A stretch of 61,971 nt of DNA, filler included, from Sphacelaria rigidula (Eukaryota), in the NCBI GenBank assembly GCA_964200075.2. It is 7 parts of 7 records of this genome, joined end to end, with 100 filler letters (N's around TTAATTAATTAA, not from the genome) between each part and the next. Parts side by side here need not be neighbours in the genome. Positions count along the whole stretch, not along the records: positions 1 to 8,769 come from CAXNAA020010154.1; positions 8,870 to 17,638 come from CAXNAA020010155.1; 5 more parts are not named here. One strand, given 5' to 3'. The notes below the pieces were generated by a model that worked only from the letters and a program-made list of their open reading frames with translations, did not search any database and had not been told where the DNA came from. Of the stretch, positions 1 through 11,397 are shown piece by piece; positions within the stretch are counted from its first letter, which is position 1, and the number at the start of each line of letters is the position of its first letter. The position numbers and the translations under genes were made by a program.

Positions 1-401
1 AACTAAATCCGAAAAATGGACACAATCCCGAGGAGCGGTGAATTCTCATTTCAAAATACCTTCTCATTTTTCTGGCAACCCTGTGTAAAGAAGTATCCAC
101 GCGATCGAGGGGCATTAGGCCGACAAAACGTCATTGGGCACCATCGCTAAAAGTTTGGGGAAAGCACTATTTTAGGCTTGAACCTCATCTCGTAGGTAAA
201 CCTCAATTCGCACAATTTGTTGTCAACTATAGTCGGCAATATATGTTATACCTTGTGCAGTACATTTCTAACGACGTGTTTGTACCGTCTGTAGAATCTT
301 CGTCTAGGGTCTGGGAGATTTCAACATAACGCAGGATCTGATACATTTCCACAGCGTCCTGACTGATTCTATATGTTAGAGAGACCCTTTACAACAATGA
401 A

Positions 402-842
402 TACGGGATCTTACAAATTGGGGATGGATTTTTTATTTGGGGACGAGAAACCCGGAGAATTGAAATCTTCGTCTTCACACCGAAGCTTCGAAATATGGTT
501 CCATTTCTTCACCAACTGATAGCTATTGACAACTCCTACACGCCATAGAAAGTTGGATTTCGATCACCGAAATATTGAGGTCCTAGGTGAAAATCCAAAC
601 TTGGGGAATTCCGGGTGTCCGAACAGACGCCAAAATGGTTCTGAAAATGCTTTTGCACCAGGGACTCCAACACTTCGATGATCGAAATCCAAATTTCCAT
701 AACGTGTGGCAGTTGTCAACAGCTATCCGTAGGTGGAGAAATAGAACCATATCTCGAAGACGTGGTGTGGATACGAAGGTTTGAGTTCTCCGGGCTTCTC
801 ACCCCCAATAAAAGATCCATCTTCAATATGTAAGATCCCGTG
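402..842. mobile_element. Foldback/MITE-like non-autonomous element with ~190-bp imperfect inverted arms
   Basis: The left arm tacgggatcttacaaattggggatggat...ccggagaa...ttgacaact...ttggatttcgatca is the reverse complement of the right arm tgatcgaaatccaa...agttgtcaa...ttctccgg...atccatcttcaatatgtaagatcccgtg. Termini are (T/C)ACGG...CCGTG, flanked by TGAA/TTAA. Confidence 0.75.
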
Positions 843-2400
843 TTAATACAGCACATCAAGCGATCTCGGGGGAGACGAAACCGTTTTCGCAAGGCCTAAA
901 CACACCCCAGAACAGTGATAGCTACAGCACATGAGAGCGGAAGTGAGTGTGTTTGTGGTGCAGTACAGTCAGTCAAGACATGTCTCATGTTTTAGTTTTT
1001 CGGCTGATTTAAAACGAGCTCTCGGTGTTTGCAGGGTGCCGATCTTCAACGCTCGGACATAGCCGCTGTTTGCACAAATAATTTAATTTAGTACAAAATT
1101 GTCTTCATGTATGGGTCCTGTGCCATTAATTTCGCAACAAGAGAAGCTGATGCATACTGTATATAGTCCGTGTTTAGGTTCTAAAACTAAAAAGCACTGC
1201 AGAACTGCCGTGTTGTCTTGTGTTCTGTGCAGTACTCTGTACTCCATATATCGCTGCAGAAGTGTCTTGTGTTCAGTGTAGTACGCTGTGCTCCATAAAA
1301 TGGGGTCATGTTTTGAGAAGTTTTCGAAAAGTTCTGCTGTTTTTTTTCAAAAGTATCCCGAAAAACACGAGTGTTTTTTGTCACAAAAATCTAATGCCGA
1401 ATCTGGAATAGCCTGAGACAACAACTAATTTGAAAAGTTGGAATACGATGACTCTTGTTCGCGAGAATCGGCGCACATTTGACTTTTTTTTTTGCTTGGC
1501 GCAACACTGGTTCGTTTGGCTTGTTATTCCAACGAGAATTGCTTTGTGACGGTTACACAGCGGTGGAACATACAGGCGGTGCGTTTGGAGAATCCACGAT
1601 GTTCGCGTTGAGGACTTGTAGTGTGTTCCATGGACATTCCTACTTTATCGCCCTACCCCTCAGCTTACTTCAATGAAAGTCTATCCACACGACCTGCAGA
1701 GGACATGTCAACTAGGTCCCATCTGTACGAGATATCAGATAGACCAGAGTGAGGGTCCTATTTGTGTATACAATCATAAACATTTCTGGCGGGTGCGAAC
1801 GACACCTATACTGCTAGATTTTAGTCAACCACGTCTACACAAGGCATACCTAGTATGTGGTGTACATGACAGCAGCAAGTTGATTGCTACAACCTGGAAG
1901 CTAGCAGATTAATAGGGCAGGAAGCAGAGGACAGGCACTAGATTCAGCTATTTATAGCTTTTGTTGAGTTGATACTCATGGACTGCGGTAGCTGGTGCAA
2001 GCGTAGTATTTTCCCGATAAGAGTTGTGTAGATACTCCTAAAATGTCGCTGTTCCCGCACGTACAGCCTGGAGTCTCTGTATAGCTCTCTACTTCGGTAT
2101 ACCTCCGCGGGGGCGACGAAATAGCTAGAGTGTCCGTACAGGAATGTGAGACACTGCGTACGCTGTCGTTTGGGATACACATGCAGGCCACACCCGTATA
2201 AATCAAGGGTCCACGACACCCTGGTGGAACATAGCATTGGGGTATCAGGACCCCACAACCTCACGAGCTCCTCCGCATCGAGAGAGCAAACCAATCCGTA
2301 TCAGCCACTTTCCGTTTGAGTGGGCGGGTCGTGCAAGCTGGCGTCCAGCATATTCCCCGCGTAAACAAAACAAGATCAGTACAAAATACAGAATCATCCA

Positions 2401-4989
2401 TCATCTGTCGGACGCCTCCCCTAGTTCCAACTTCACGCTCGAACCCTCCAACGCCTGTGCTGATTTCACACCAACAAACCCGCCAACAGACCCACTTACA
2501 GTCGCCGACGAAACATACAGAGGTCCTGCACTCACACCACAACTGCTGCTGCTGGAGCTACTCCGACCACCTGCACTGCTAAAACCCCACAAAGGGCCAG
2601 TATGCTTGCTACGCTCTACCATTCCAGCGTCACTGTATATAGGAGAAGGAGCTTCCGCCTCTACCTTCATTCCAGCTCCTACCCTTGGCGCGGAAGACTC
2701 CTCAAGATCAGCCACTGAGGGTGGCTGGCCCGAAAGCAACAGTGGTGTTACACCACTACGCCTGGCAATAGGGCACACACTACCTTCAACACCAACAACG
2801 TCGCTTGTACCAGAACTCCAGCATGGTGCGCGCTTGCGTTTTGTTCCTCGAACGCCAGCAGCGCTTCCTCCACCGCCATCAGTTGTGCTACCGGTGGAGG
2901 TGGCCTTGCCAGTGCTGAGCTCTCCTGTGTCGTATACCGTAGCTGCGTCATGCGCAGTAGGATACTGTCGAAACAACTTTGCCTTATCTAGGACGTCAAT
3001 CTCGAGAATCTGCGGAATTGAGCATTCCCCTTTACTAGACTTGCATCTCACCGGATCCACCTTTCCCGCCATCGCAAGCTGAGGGGAGAAATCTGCGTTC
3101 TCGATTGCGCCAGCAGCATACGACGGTCTTTTCGAGCAGCTCTCATCGCCGCACTTCTCGCTCACCAGACTCGCCATTCCTGCCCTGGCATGCTGAGGGC
3201 AAAACTCCACCTTCTTGCTTCCCACTACACCACAGGACGGCTGCCTGGAGCAGCCCTCGTCGCCGCGCGTCTTTTTCACCACATCCACCATCCCCGCCCT
3301 GGCATGCTGAGAGCAGAATTCCGCCTTTTTGCTTCCCGCCACAACATACGACAGCGTATTCAAGCAGCCCTCGTGGCCGCAGGTCCTGTTCACCACATCC
3401 ACCATTCCAGCCCTCGCATGCTGAGAGCAGTACTCCGCCATCTTGCTCCCCGCTACACCATACGACGGCTTCTTCCAGCAGCCCTGCTCGCCGCATTTCT
3501 TTGTGACCACATTCACCATTCCCACCCTGGCATGCCGAGAGCAGAACTCCGCCTTCTTGCTACCCGCTACACCGTACGACGGCGTCTTGGGGCAGCCCTT
3601 GTCGCCGCACCTCTTCTTCAACACATTCACCATTCCAGCCCTCGCATGCCGAGAGCAGAACTCTGCCTTCTTGCTTCCCGGTACACCATACGACGGCATC
3701 TTGGAGCAACTCTTATCGCCGCACTTCTTGTACACCAGATCCACCATTCCCGCCCTGGCATGCCGAGAGCAGAACTCCGCCTTACTGCTTCCCACTACAC
3801 CATACGACCGCTGCCTGGAGCAGCCCTCGTCGCCGCATTTCTTGCTCAATACATTCACCATTGCCGTACTGGCATGCTGAGAGCAGAACTCCGCCTTCTT
3901 GCTCCCCGCTACACCATACGACGGCATCTTGGAGCAACTCTTATCGCCGCACTTCTTGTACACCACATCGACCATTCCCGCTCTGGCATGCTTCAAGCAG
4001 AACTCCGCCTTACTGCTTCCCGCTACACTATACGACGGCAACTTGGAGCAGCCCTCGTCGCCGCATTTCTTGTTCAATACATTCACCATTGCCGCACTGG
4101 CATGCCGAAAGCAGAACTCTGCCTTCTTGCTCCCCGCTACACCGTACGACGGCTGCCTGGAGCAGCCCTCGTCGCCGCACCTCTTCTTCAACACGTTCAC
4201 CATTCCAGCCCTCGCATGCTGAGAGCAGAACTCTGCCATCTTGGTTCCCGCTTCACCATAGGAAGGCGACTTGGAGCAGCCCTCATCGCCACATTTCTTG
4301 CCGATCACACTCACCATTCCCGCCATGGCATGCCGAGAGCAGAATTCCGCCTTCTTGCTTCCCGCTACACCAAACGATGGGTACTTGAGGCAGCCCTCGT
4401 CGCAGCACCTCTTCTTCAACACGTTCACCATTCCAGCCCTCGCATGCTTCAAGCAGAACTCTGCCATCTTGGTTCCCGCTTCACCATACGACGGCGACTT
4501 GGAGCAGCGCTCGTCACCACATTTCTTGCTCACCAAATCCACCATTCCAGCCCTCGCATGCTGAGAGCAGAACTCCGCCTTCTTGCTCCCCGCTACGCCA
4601 TAGGACCGCCGCGTGGAACAGCCCTCGTGGTAGCACTTCGTCTGCAACACACTCACCATTCCAGTCCTCGCATGCTGAGAGCAGAACTCTGCCTTCCTGC
4701 TTCCCGCTACACCATACGACGGTTTCTTGGAACAGCCCTCGTCGCTACATTTCTTGCTCACCACATCCTCCATTCCAGCCCTGGCATGCTGAGAGCAGAA
4801 CTCTGCCTTCTTGCTTCCCGCCACACCATACGACGGCCTTTTGGAGCAGCCTTCGTCACCGCACTTCTTGCCCGACACTTTCACCATTCCCGCCCTGGCA
4901 TGCTGAAAGCAGAACTCCGCCTTGTAGCCCGGTAAAGCGTACGATGGCCATTTCAAGCAGTCTTCGTTGATGCACTCCCTTTTCCACAT
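2401..4989 (-). CDS. EsV-1-7 cysteine-rich repeat protein (~16 full + 1 degenerate C-x4-C-x16-C-x2-H repeats, low-complexity C-terminal tail with a basic NLS-like motif)
   Basis: Uninterrupted ORF with 38-aa repeats KKCGDEGCSKxPSYGVAGSKKAEFCSQHARAGMVxVV. Likely ATG at 4989 (MWKREC). An upstream polypyrimidine tract plus CAG acceptor on the minus strand (exon starts at 5081) suggests a 5' intron. The tail contains GTKRKR. Confidence 0.88.
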   Translation of the reverse strand: MWKRECINEDCLKWPSYALPGYKAEFCFQHARAGMVKVSGKKCGDEGCSKRPSYGVAGSKKAEFCSQHARAGMEDVVSKKCSDEGCSKKPSYGVAGSRKAEFCSQHARTGMVSVLQTKCYHEGCSTRRSYGVAGSKKAEFCSQHARAGMVDLVSKKCGDERCSKSPSYGEAGTKMAEFCLKHARAGMVNVLKKRCCDEGCLKYPSFGVAGSKKAEFCSRHAMAGMVSVIGKKCGDEGCSKSPSYGEAGTKMAEFCSQHARAGMVNVLKKRCGDEGCSRQPSYGVAGSKKAEFCFRHASAAMVNVLNKKCGDEGCSKLPSYSVAGSSKAEFCLKHARAGMVDVVYKKCGDKSCSKMPSYGVAGSKKAEFCSQHASTAMVNVLSKKCGDEGCSRQRSYGVVGSSKAEFCSRHARAGMVDLVYKKCGDKSCSKMPSYGVPGSKKAEFCSRHARAGMVNVLKKRCGDKGCPKTPSYGVAGSKKAEFCSRHARVGMVNVVTKKCGEQGCWKKPSYGVAGSKMAEYCSQHARAGMVDVVNRTCGHEGCLNTLSYVVAGSKKAEFCSQHARAGMVDVVKKTRGDEGCSRQPSCGVVGSKKVEFCPQHARAGMASLVSEKCGDESCSKRPSYAAGAIENADFSPQLAMAGKVDPVRCKSSKGECSIPQILEIDVLDKAKLFRQYPTAHDAATVYDTGELSTGKATSTGSTTDGGGGSAAGVRGTKRKRAPCWSSGTSDVVGVEGSVCPIARRSGVTPLLLSGQPPSVADLEESSAPRVGAGMKVEAEAPSPIYSDAGMVERSKHTGPLWGFSSAGGRSSSSSSSCGVSAGPLYVSSATVSGSVGGFVGVKSAQALEGSSVKLELGEASDR
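3110..4980 (-). repeat. Coding tandem repeat, 114-bp unit (~17 copies)
   Basis: gcagaactc...accatacgacggc...cagccctcgtcgccgca...accattcc recurs every 114 nt. Confidence 0.95.
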
Positions 4990-6828
4990 TCTGGCGATCC
5001 GCTTTGTCGCGTGGTGTCGTGATGAGAAGTAACTGTTCGCGGTAACAGAATTGGCAGAACGCCGGAGGCTGCAACTGTCAACTGCAGGGGGAAAAGCGAC
5101 GAAAAAAAACACTATCGTCTCACATTAACGGGAAGAGAAGGAGCTACCTGCACCTCCTAAAATGACACTTTACATTAACTGATCGTCATGACTACAGCCC
5201 CGGTGCCCGGGGTAATTCGAGCGAATGGGACTTCCTCACCAGTATGGTAGTACGGATCTGAACTACATAAAGCATCGATATGGTACAAGAGGGTAACGAA
5301 AGCAGACAACCTTGAAGGTATGATCCCAAGTCGTGATTCACCGGGCATGATACATGCAGTGTTACAGAATTCAAGGCTTGTAAAACATTCGCCAACGTTT
5401 TGGACAGTTGCTCTACACTGGCAGTGTACCCGACAACGTTGTGGGAGATCAGTTATACCAACGAAGTCAGGAAAAATCGATCTGAACTCGAAGATACCGG
5501 ACAAGGTTCCGAACTACTGGCTTGGTTTGATCCTGTTTCATTTCACTGCTAGAAATACGACTAAGATAGGGATGTATTTTTGTTCTCAACAGTGGTGCAC
5601 GCGACCGTCGAAAGAAAATTATATCGAAAGCGAATCTGGTCTGTGCACACGCGCGAAAAAGTGTACATATCTGTCGAATCGCAATACACGCGCACATGTG
5701 CTCCCATGATCTCTTCTGTCATATCGGATACGGTCGGAACCAACTGTAATGTATTGTCCTAGTCCCCACTTCAACCACAAGAGAGTGTATATGTTGGGTT
5801 ACCTGATGTTTGCTGAAGTCACTTAAACCTCGGAATTTTCGGCTCGTATCGCGTCTACATGGTGTGCATGGTAGTACATGCTTGTTGTCGGCAGGGTCAG
5901 GGTGTCATGTTAGGAAAGCGCTGGAAGTTGAGCGGGGCGTGAAACTGTCGCTGGCCACAACGAGGCTTCCAGAAAAGTGCTTTGCACATCTGTTGAATGA
6001 GGATATCACGACTGTACAAGATTGGTGCGAACATACTAGATGTCAACATGGCCATAATCGTCGTGGTGAAGATCTATTCCTTTACAGCCCTTGTGAAAAA
6101 TGGCAAACGCCCAGTGAGGGTGAGATATTCGAAACGCACCGACATCTGATCAAATCTTGGGGAAACGTCTTCTAGACTATCAGAATGTCACCATTGTCGG
6201 ACGTACCTCTTAGCCTGATGAGGTGTCAACCCGCCCGTGTCGGACACACATTCTATGGTAAACATGTACCATTCCACCTGCATCCAACACATGCGTTCTA
6301 GAATGAACACGCATTTTACGTATACCACGCAAATAAATGCTACATGAACGGGTATGCTACGTTAGTTCGACACAAACATCTTGGAGGGAACAGGCATTGT
6401 ACATATGTGCGGCACATGCGCTCTCAAGTGAGGAGATGTTTTATGTTGTGTTTTGCCCAACTCGTGGTGTACTGCGGCGGTCGTGGTTCGAGATCAACTG
6501 TGAATGTCTCGTGCAAGTTGACGAAGGAAGTGCCTAAACGGATGGAGAAGGCCGCGCTTCGTCTGCGTTTACAGTGACATCTGATTCCATGCCATATTTA
6601 TGTGACATGTTGCACTTGTCTCCTCCATAATCTTACGAGCTGGTCCAGCTGACAGTGGTTTTTGAAAGTATCCTGGCGATGCGGTTGGTTTTTCGAAGAA
6701 TTAGGCGCTGAAATTTTGACACAAAATTTCACTAGTCGGACGAGTAATTACTCCTCGAAACGAGTGCACTCGTGGATGTTTTTTGAAAACATAACGAGCA
6801 TCGTGTGCTCGAGTCATTACTTTTGTTC

Positions 6829-6990
6829 ACAACGAGCAATGACTCGAGTGTTCGCCCAATTTATTTTTCCCACAACGAGCAATGACTCGTGTGCTCGCCC
6901 AATGAAATATTTTTCCACAACGAGCGATGACTCGAGTGCTCGTCCTATGATATTTTTCCAACAACGAGCAATGATTCGAGTGCTCGCCAT
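6829..6990. repeat. ~44-bp tandem repeat (acaacgagcaatgactcgagtgctcgccca + AT-rich linker), 4 copies
   Basis: Units are directly visible and have a palindromic actcgagt core. Confidence 0.85.
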
Positions 6991-8035
6991 ATGGAGCCTT
7001 TCGAGACCGACCCCCCACCAACACAGGGTTGACCATGTGTTGGTGGAATAATGAAAAAGAAGGGATTGACCTGCCTCATCACGGCGAGGCGAAATTTATC
7101 GACCAGATCCGAACGACCAGCGCGGGAACTGTTGCCGAGTGTGATGTCAGTGCAAAGATCGTGTGGGGGCCCTATCCCTGGCCCAGATAAGCCTTCCCAG
7201 GTATCTAAAGCCAGGACGCTCGGAGCATGGCTTATCGTATCACTTGCATTCAGTATACTGTAGCGTTCCCGGGGTTTTCCAGCAGTTTCCTTGGGTCGCC
7301 AGCCCATACTAAAACGCAATAATTACAATAACACCGGGTGGAGTGGGAAAATCGGTAAGGAGTGTGCATGTCGCGATGTGGTCATTTTCACGAGGCACTA
7401 CACCCAGGTGGGCTGTGGAAGGACAAAAGGAGCAACCGTCATGTATCCTGCTCACCCCTCTGCCGATGACTTGCAGAACACTGTGAACATATATGTAGTG
7501 GGCGACCATGAACAAGCTGTTTAAAGGCAGCTGATCTCCGGCGCTGAGAACTGCCGAGAACGGGCAAGGAAGTATGCAGGGGCAGCTGCTGCTGCAGTCG
7601 GAGAGGCGCACTGCACCGTAATGTACTGTATGTATATGCGCCGCAACGCCCATACCCTTCGAAGAGAATTCGTTGCATGCAACAAAGAAGTGAATGGCGG
7701 CCCACCTCGACCACAAACGGCTGTGTGGTAAGGTGATGGAGACAATAATATCATCCAAAGCCACAAGTGGTGGGCGGCCCGCCGGTCGCCGCATCGTGTT
7801 GGAAGCTCTCTGCGGCAACATATACTGCTTGCTAAATCAGATCTACACTACATCATGCGCACCCTGCACCTGAAAATAGATTGGATGGAACTTTCGGTGT
7901 TCCTCATAACCCTGCGGTTACATACGCGGATCTTCAGCAACATGCCACTGTTTCGTGCCGACGTCACACACGTCATTCCCAACCAGGCACATTGATCGTT
8001 CCGGAGGCCTGGTCCCAAAGGGGGTAATTTTTCCA

Positions 8036-8140
8036 ACAACGAGCAATGACTCGAGTGCTCGCCCAATAACTTTGTTTCCACAACGAGCGATGACTCGAGT
8101 GCTTGCCCAATTAATTTTCACGGCCAACGAGTAATGACCC
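8036..8140. repeat. Second block of the same ~44-bp repeat (2 copies + partial)
   Basis: Same unit as 6829-6990, about 1 kb downstream. Confidence 0.85.
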
Positions 8141-8769
8141 AAGTGATCGCTCTTCTAACTTCACGGTCAACGAGCAGCACAACGAGTGCGAGTGCCATGC
8201 GTCACACTCGTGCTCGTTCGATGTGTCCAACACGTTGATCATCACTGCGCACAACCTTCCTGGGGATGCGAGAAAGACAAAACGAGAAGTGAGAGCGATT
8301 TGAAGACTGCAAAAAAAGTAGGAAACTGCTTTAATTCCGTGATATATATATATATATAAAGGCCAATGGCCTAGAAAAGGTGAACCCTCTCGTTGTTTGC
8401 CCAGGAAATGTACGAAAAATGGCCAGAAGCGCAAAAACAGCCAAGCACGCCATTTTGACCGTTTTCGCTCCGGAGTTTTCACGCACATCGTTCGGGGGGG
8501 GGCATTGGCACCCGGGACTCGACACAAAACGGATAAAAAACATGTTCCTCGAGAGATATGGCCACGCGAAAACGGACATTTTGCCTCCAGAAACCGCTCA
8601 CCTTCTGTAGGCCACATTTCGCCGAGGTATACCTGATCCAGGAGCTCTTCTTCAATCGTACCTTATCAGGGCCACCAATGGGCCGAGAACGTACCTCTGC
8701 TAGGCCATCGCTCTCTACACTGTGCCAGGGGGTCTACGCGCCAACTTCAACCATGGCGCCCACACGTTC

Positions 8770-8869
8770 NNNNNNNNNNNNNNNNNNNNNNNNNNNNNNN
8801 NNNNNNNNNNNNNTTAATTAATTAANNNNNNNNNNNNNNNNNNNNNNNNNNNNNNNNNNNNNNNNNNNN
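8770..8869. other. Artificial 100-nt contig spacer
   Basis: N44-TTAATTAATTAA-N44 (stops in all six frames). Confidence 0.98.
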
Positions 8870-9044
8870 GACCACGCCCCTTTCCCCCGGGCATGGCACC
8901 CGAGTCTCTCCGCATCGACACGATTAACATGAGCTCAGCTCTTGCGAACTTATGCCAACGAGATGGGAAAATGTTCCAAAGCGTTTAGTAGTGACATGTT
9001 TTGTCCGCTGGATCCCCCGCTATTTTGCCTTTCGTTATAACCAG

Positions 9045-9740
9045 CTGTTCCTGACCGAGGGGGCGCTACAACTTCTCGTCGTAGACCTCGACAAGTATTT
9101 CCGGAAGCTGTCTTGTCGGGGAGACGCTGTGTACATCTGGCTGGATGCCCTGTTGTGTCGGTTGCCTGGGTGTGCAGTCTTGGTCGTCGCTACCCACACG
9201 GACCGTTTCGGCAAAAATCGAGGGCAAGTGAAAATTGCTTTGAGGGATCTACGGGATGACATCGATAATCACTTGACATGCAAACGTCGAGAGTGGGAGC
9301 GTGCCGCAGCATTCACGCAAACGGCCAATCAGGAGCGTGGCCGTCCAGCAAGGGAAGCACCTTCCGTCACGATTTGCGGCGTAGTGGAGGCTTCCGGCTG
9401 TGTCGATCATGATCTGAGCCGTATCCGGGATGAGATCTGCAGATTAGCTGGAGAAGGTGGCACAGATTCGAATGGCAAGCGGCTTTTCCCGAACGTCGGT
9501 CAGACGGTACCGGTGTCTTGGGTAAGGGTGTGGGCGATGACGGAGGCCTTGCTCCTGGGCGGTGAGCCCTCAACGGCGGCGAGGTCGATAGGTCGGCCAG
9601 TGGTCCCAATTGCATCCCGCGAAAAGCACAACTTCATCGCATGGGAGGTGATTCTGCAGGAGTGGTTGAAAATAGTGAGCGCCCTTAATCTGACGGCAGA
9701 GGTGGGGCGGACACCTCTCGACAAGGAGCAAGTTCTCAAG
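9045..9740 (+). CDS. ROCO-family GTPase, internal exon: C-terminal half of the Roc domain and start of COR
   Basis: ccag| acceptor and aag|gt donor, phase 0, 232 codons. LFLTEGALQLLVVDL...WLDAL...VLVVATHTD (G4-like T-H-x-D)...VGQTVPVSW (Roc-COR junction-like). Confidence 0.8.
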
Positions 9741-10004
9741 GTGAAAACATGATATGTGTATAAAGTTTGCGACAGACACGTATACCGACACTCGACTGTT
9801 GCGTGGGTGGACGCATCACCTATGCATGAGTGTTGCTCTGTCACAGTGACGGTAACAGTGAATGCTTCGAATTCCTTGTGATCCGAGTTACCGTCGGCGA
9901 TCCAGTCTATGTACATAATCGTACCCGTTGCTTTTTCGCCTTCACGTTATGGCAGTCAACCTTGCTGATCCCGTGCTGTGTGCCCACCCCGGTTGTTTTT
10001 GCAG

Positions 10005-10952
10005 GATGCTCTCAAGATGCGCCAAACGGGAGGCACGCTGTTGGTCGTCTGTGACCTTGTTCATCTTGACCCGTCGTGGATCAATGTACCCCTACAAGCG
10101 CTCCTTGATCACCGCCTAGCAGAAAAGCGGCAAGAGAGTGAATGGATTGAGCAGCTTGGAGGTTACAGCGCAAGTTGTGGAATCCTTCCCTCAGAGCTGA
10201 TGCGACTCCACAGGAACTTCATCAGAACGGGCCGGCTCACGGAAACGTACTTGCACTTTATATGGCGCGAGATTTCAGAGCTTAACTGCCCACGAGTGTT
10301 CGGCCGGATGATCGAGACGATGTCAACATTTGGTGCTATGTTCACGTGTGATCCTAGCCGGGGTGTGGAGAGGGAGCTTTTCTACCCAAGAGTTCTCGAC
10401 TGGATGATCGAGAAGATGCCAATTTTTGGTGCTATGTTCACATCTGATCCTAGCCGGGGTGTGGAGAGGGAGCTACTGGTGCCCGCCCGCCTACCGAGTG
10501 CAGTGGATGGTGACACTCTAGCAGAACTCGAGTCAGCAATTTCTAGAGGTGTCAGGATGCGGTTCGTGATTGAGATTTTTGCCGAGTACATACCCGCGGG
10601 GGTCATCGCCCAGTTCCTCGGGAGCTTTCGTAGGAGCAATCATATTTTGTTCCGCGCATGTTGGAGGCGGGGTGCAGCATTCATGATGAACGGTAGGGAG
10701 CATCTGGTTTGTCTTCACGAACCTACAGCAGAGCCTGTGGCGCGAATCGAGATTAGCATCGCAGGTAGCACCCGTGAGACTGTATCCGACCACGGCTTCG
10801 CTACCATGGAGGCGCTGAACAAGCTGCTGTCGGACAGGTACCCGGGGCTATTGTTTGATGCTTCCGGCGACCCTCAATTCCAGGAGGGCACCGAAGCGTG
10901 GAAGGATAGCTTGGATACCCTACAAGCGCATCTAAAACGTCGAGCGGACCAG
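10005..10952 (+). CDS. ROCO-family GTPase, COR-domain exon
   Basis: ttttgcag| acceptor and cag|gtat donor, phase 0, 316 codons. VHLDPSWI, LLVPARLP, YIPAGVIAQFL and CWRRGA are COR-like motifs. Confidence 0.8.
10287..10478 (+). repeat. In-frame 96-bp (32-aa) tandem duplication within the COR exon
   Basis: CPRVFGRMIETMSTFGAMFTCDPSRGVERELF / YPRVLDWMIEKMPIFGAMFTSDPSRGVERELL. Confidence 0.92.
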
Positions 10953-11397
10953 GTATACCGCATACGGCATATATCTAGTGTTGCCAATGTTTTTAACCTG
11001 TTGCATATGTCCCAATTCTCTCATTTTCGGGGAGTGCCGATCCAAGTTCGTATGGAGATTTAATTTCTCTCACTAAAGCAGGCAGCATTTCCTGCGAAGG
11101 ATGTGTGAACTCGATAATTTGTTTTTGTTTGTCGCGCACTGCGGTGAGGTGGTTGATGCGGACCGCTGTTTCTCGATCCATGTTCTCTCACGCTGTCCCC
11201 AAAGCGAGTGTGCATGTTCACACCATCGAAGTTTCTCTGGACAAAAGATGGCGTGTGATATGCTGTAGGTGGGTGGCAGTGTCGGTCCATGCTGTTTTGT
11301 TCACTATCCTCAGCGTATAGACTACATATGCCGAAACCGATCAAAGGTACCCTTCAACGAGAACATGCATTCGTTTTTTTACTGTTCCGCTACTCAG

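Noticed and set aside
3190-4935. 581-aa + strand ORF and other overlapping ORFs
   Set aside because: These are antisense or alternative-frame shadows of the 114-bp coding repeat. A stop-free unit repeated gives long spurious frames.
2401-4989. Endogenous phaeovirus (EsV-1-like) insertion
   Set aside because: There are no other viral genes, the surroundings are gene-poor, and an upstream spliceosomal acceptor is present. This looks like a host family member.
4990-5112. N-terminal extension MFFFVAFPPA... of the 903-aa ORF
   Set aside because: It starts at a non-ATG codon within a polypyrimidine tract/acceptor, so it is probably intron and UTR. An upstream coding exon cannot be fully excluded.
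6829-8140. CRISPR-like array
   Set aside because: The linkers are only ~13-15 nt, AT-rich and similar to each other. There are no cas genes and the context is eukaryotic.
8814-8825. Recurrent TTAATTAATTAA motif as a biological signal
   Set aside because: It is always centred in N runs, so it is an assembly linker.
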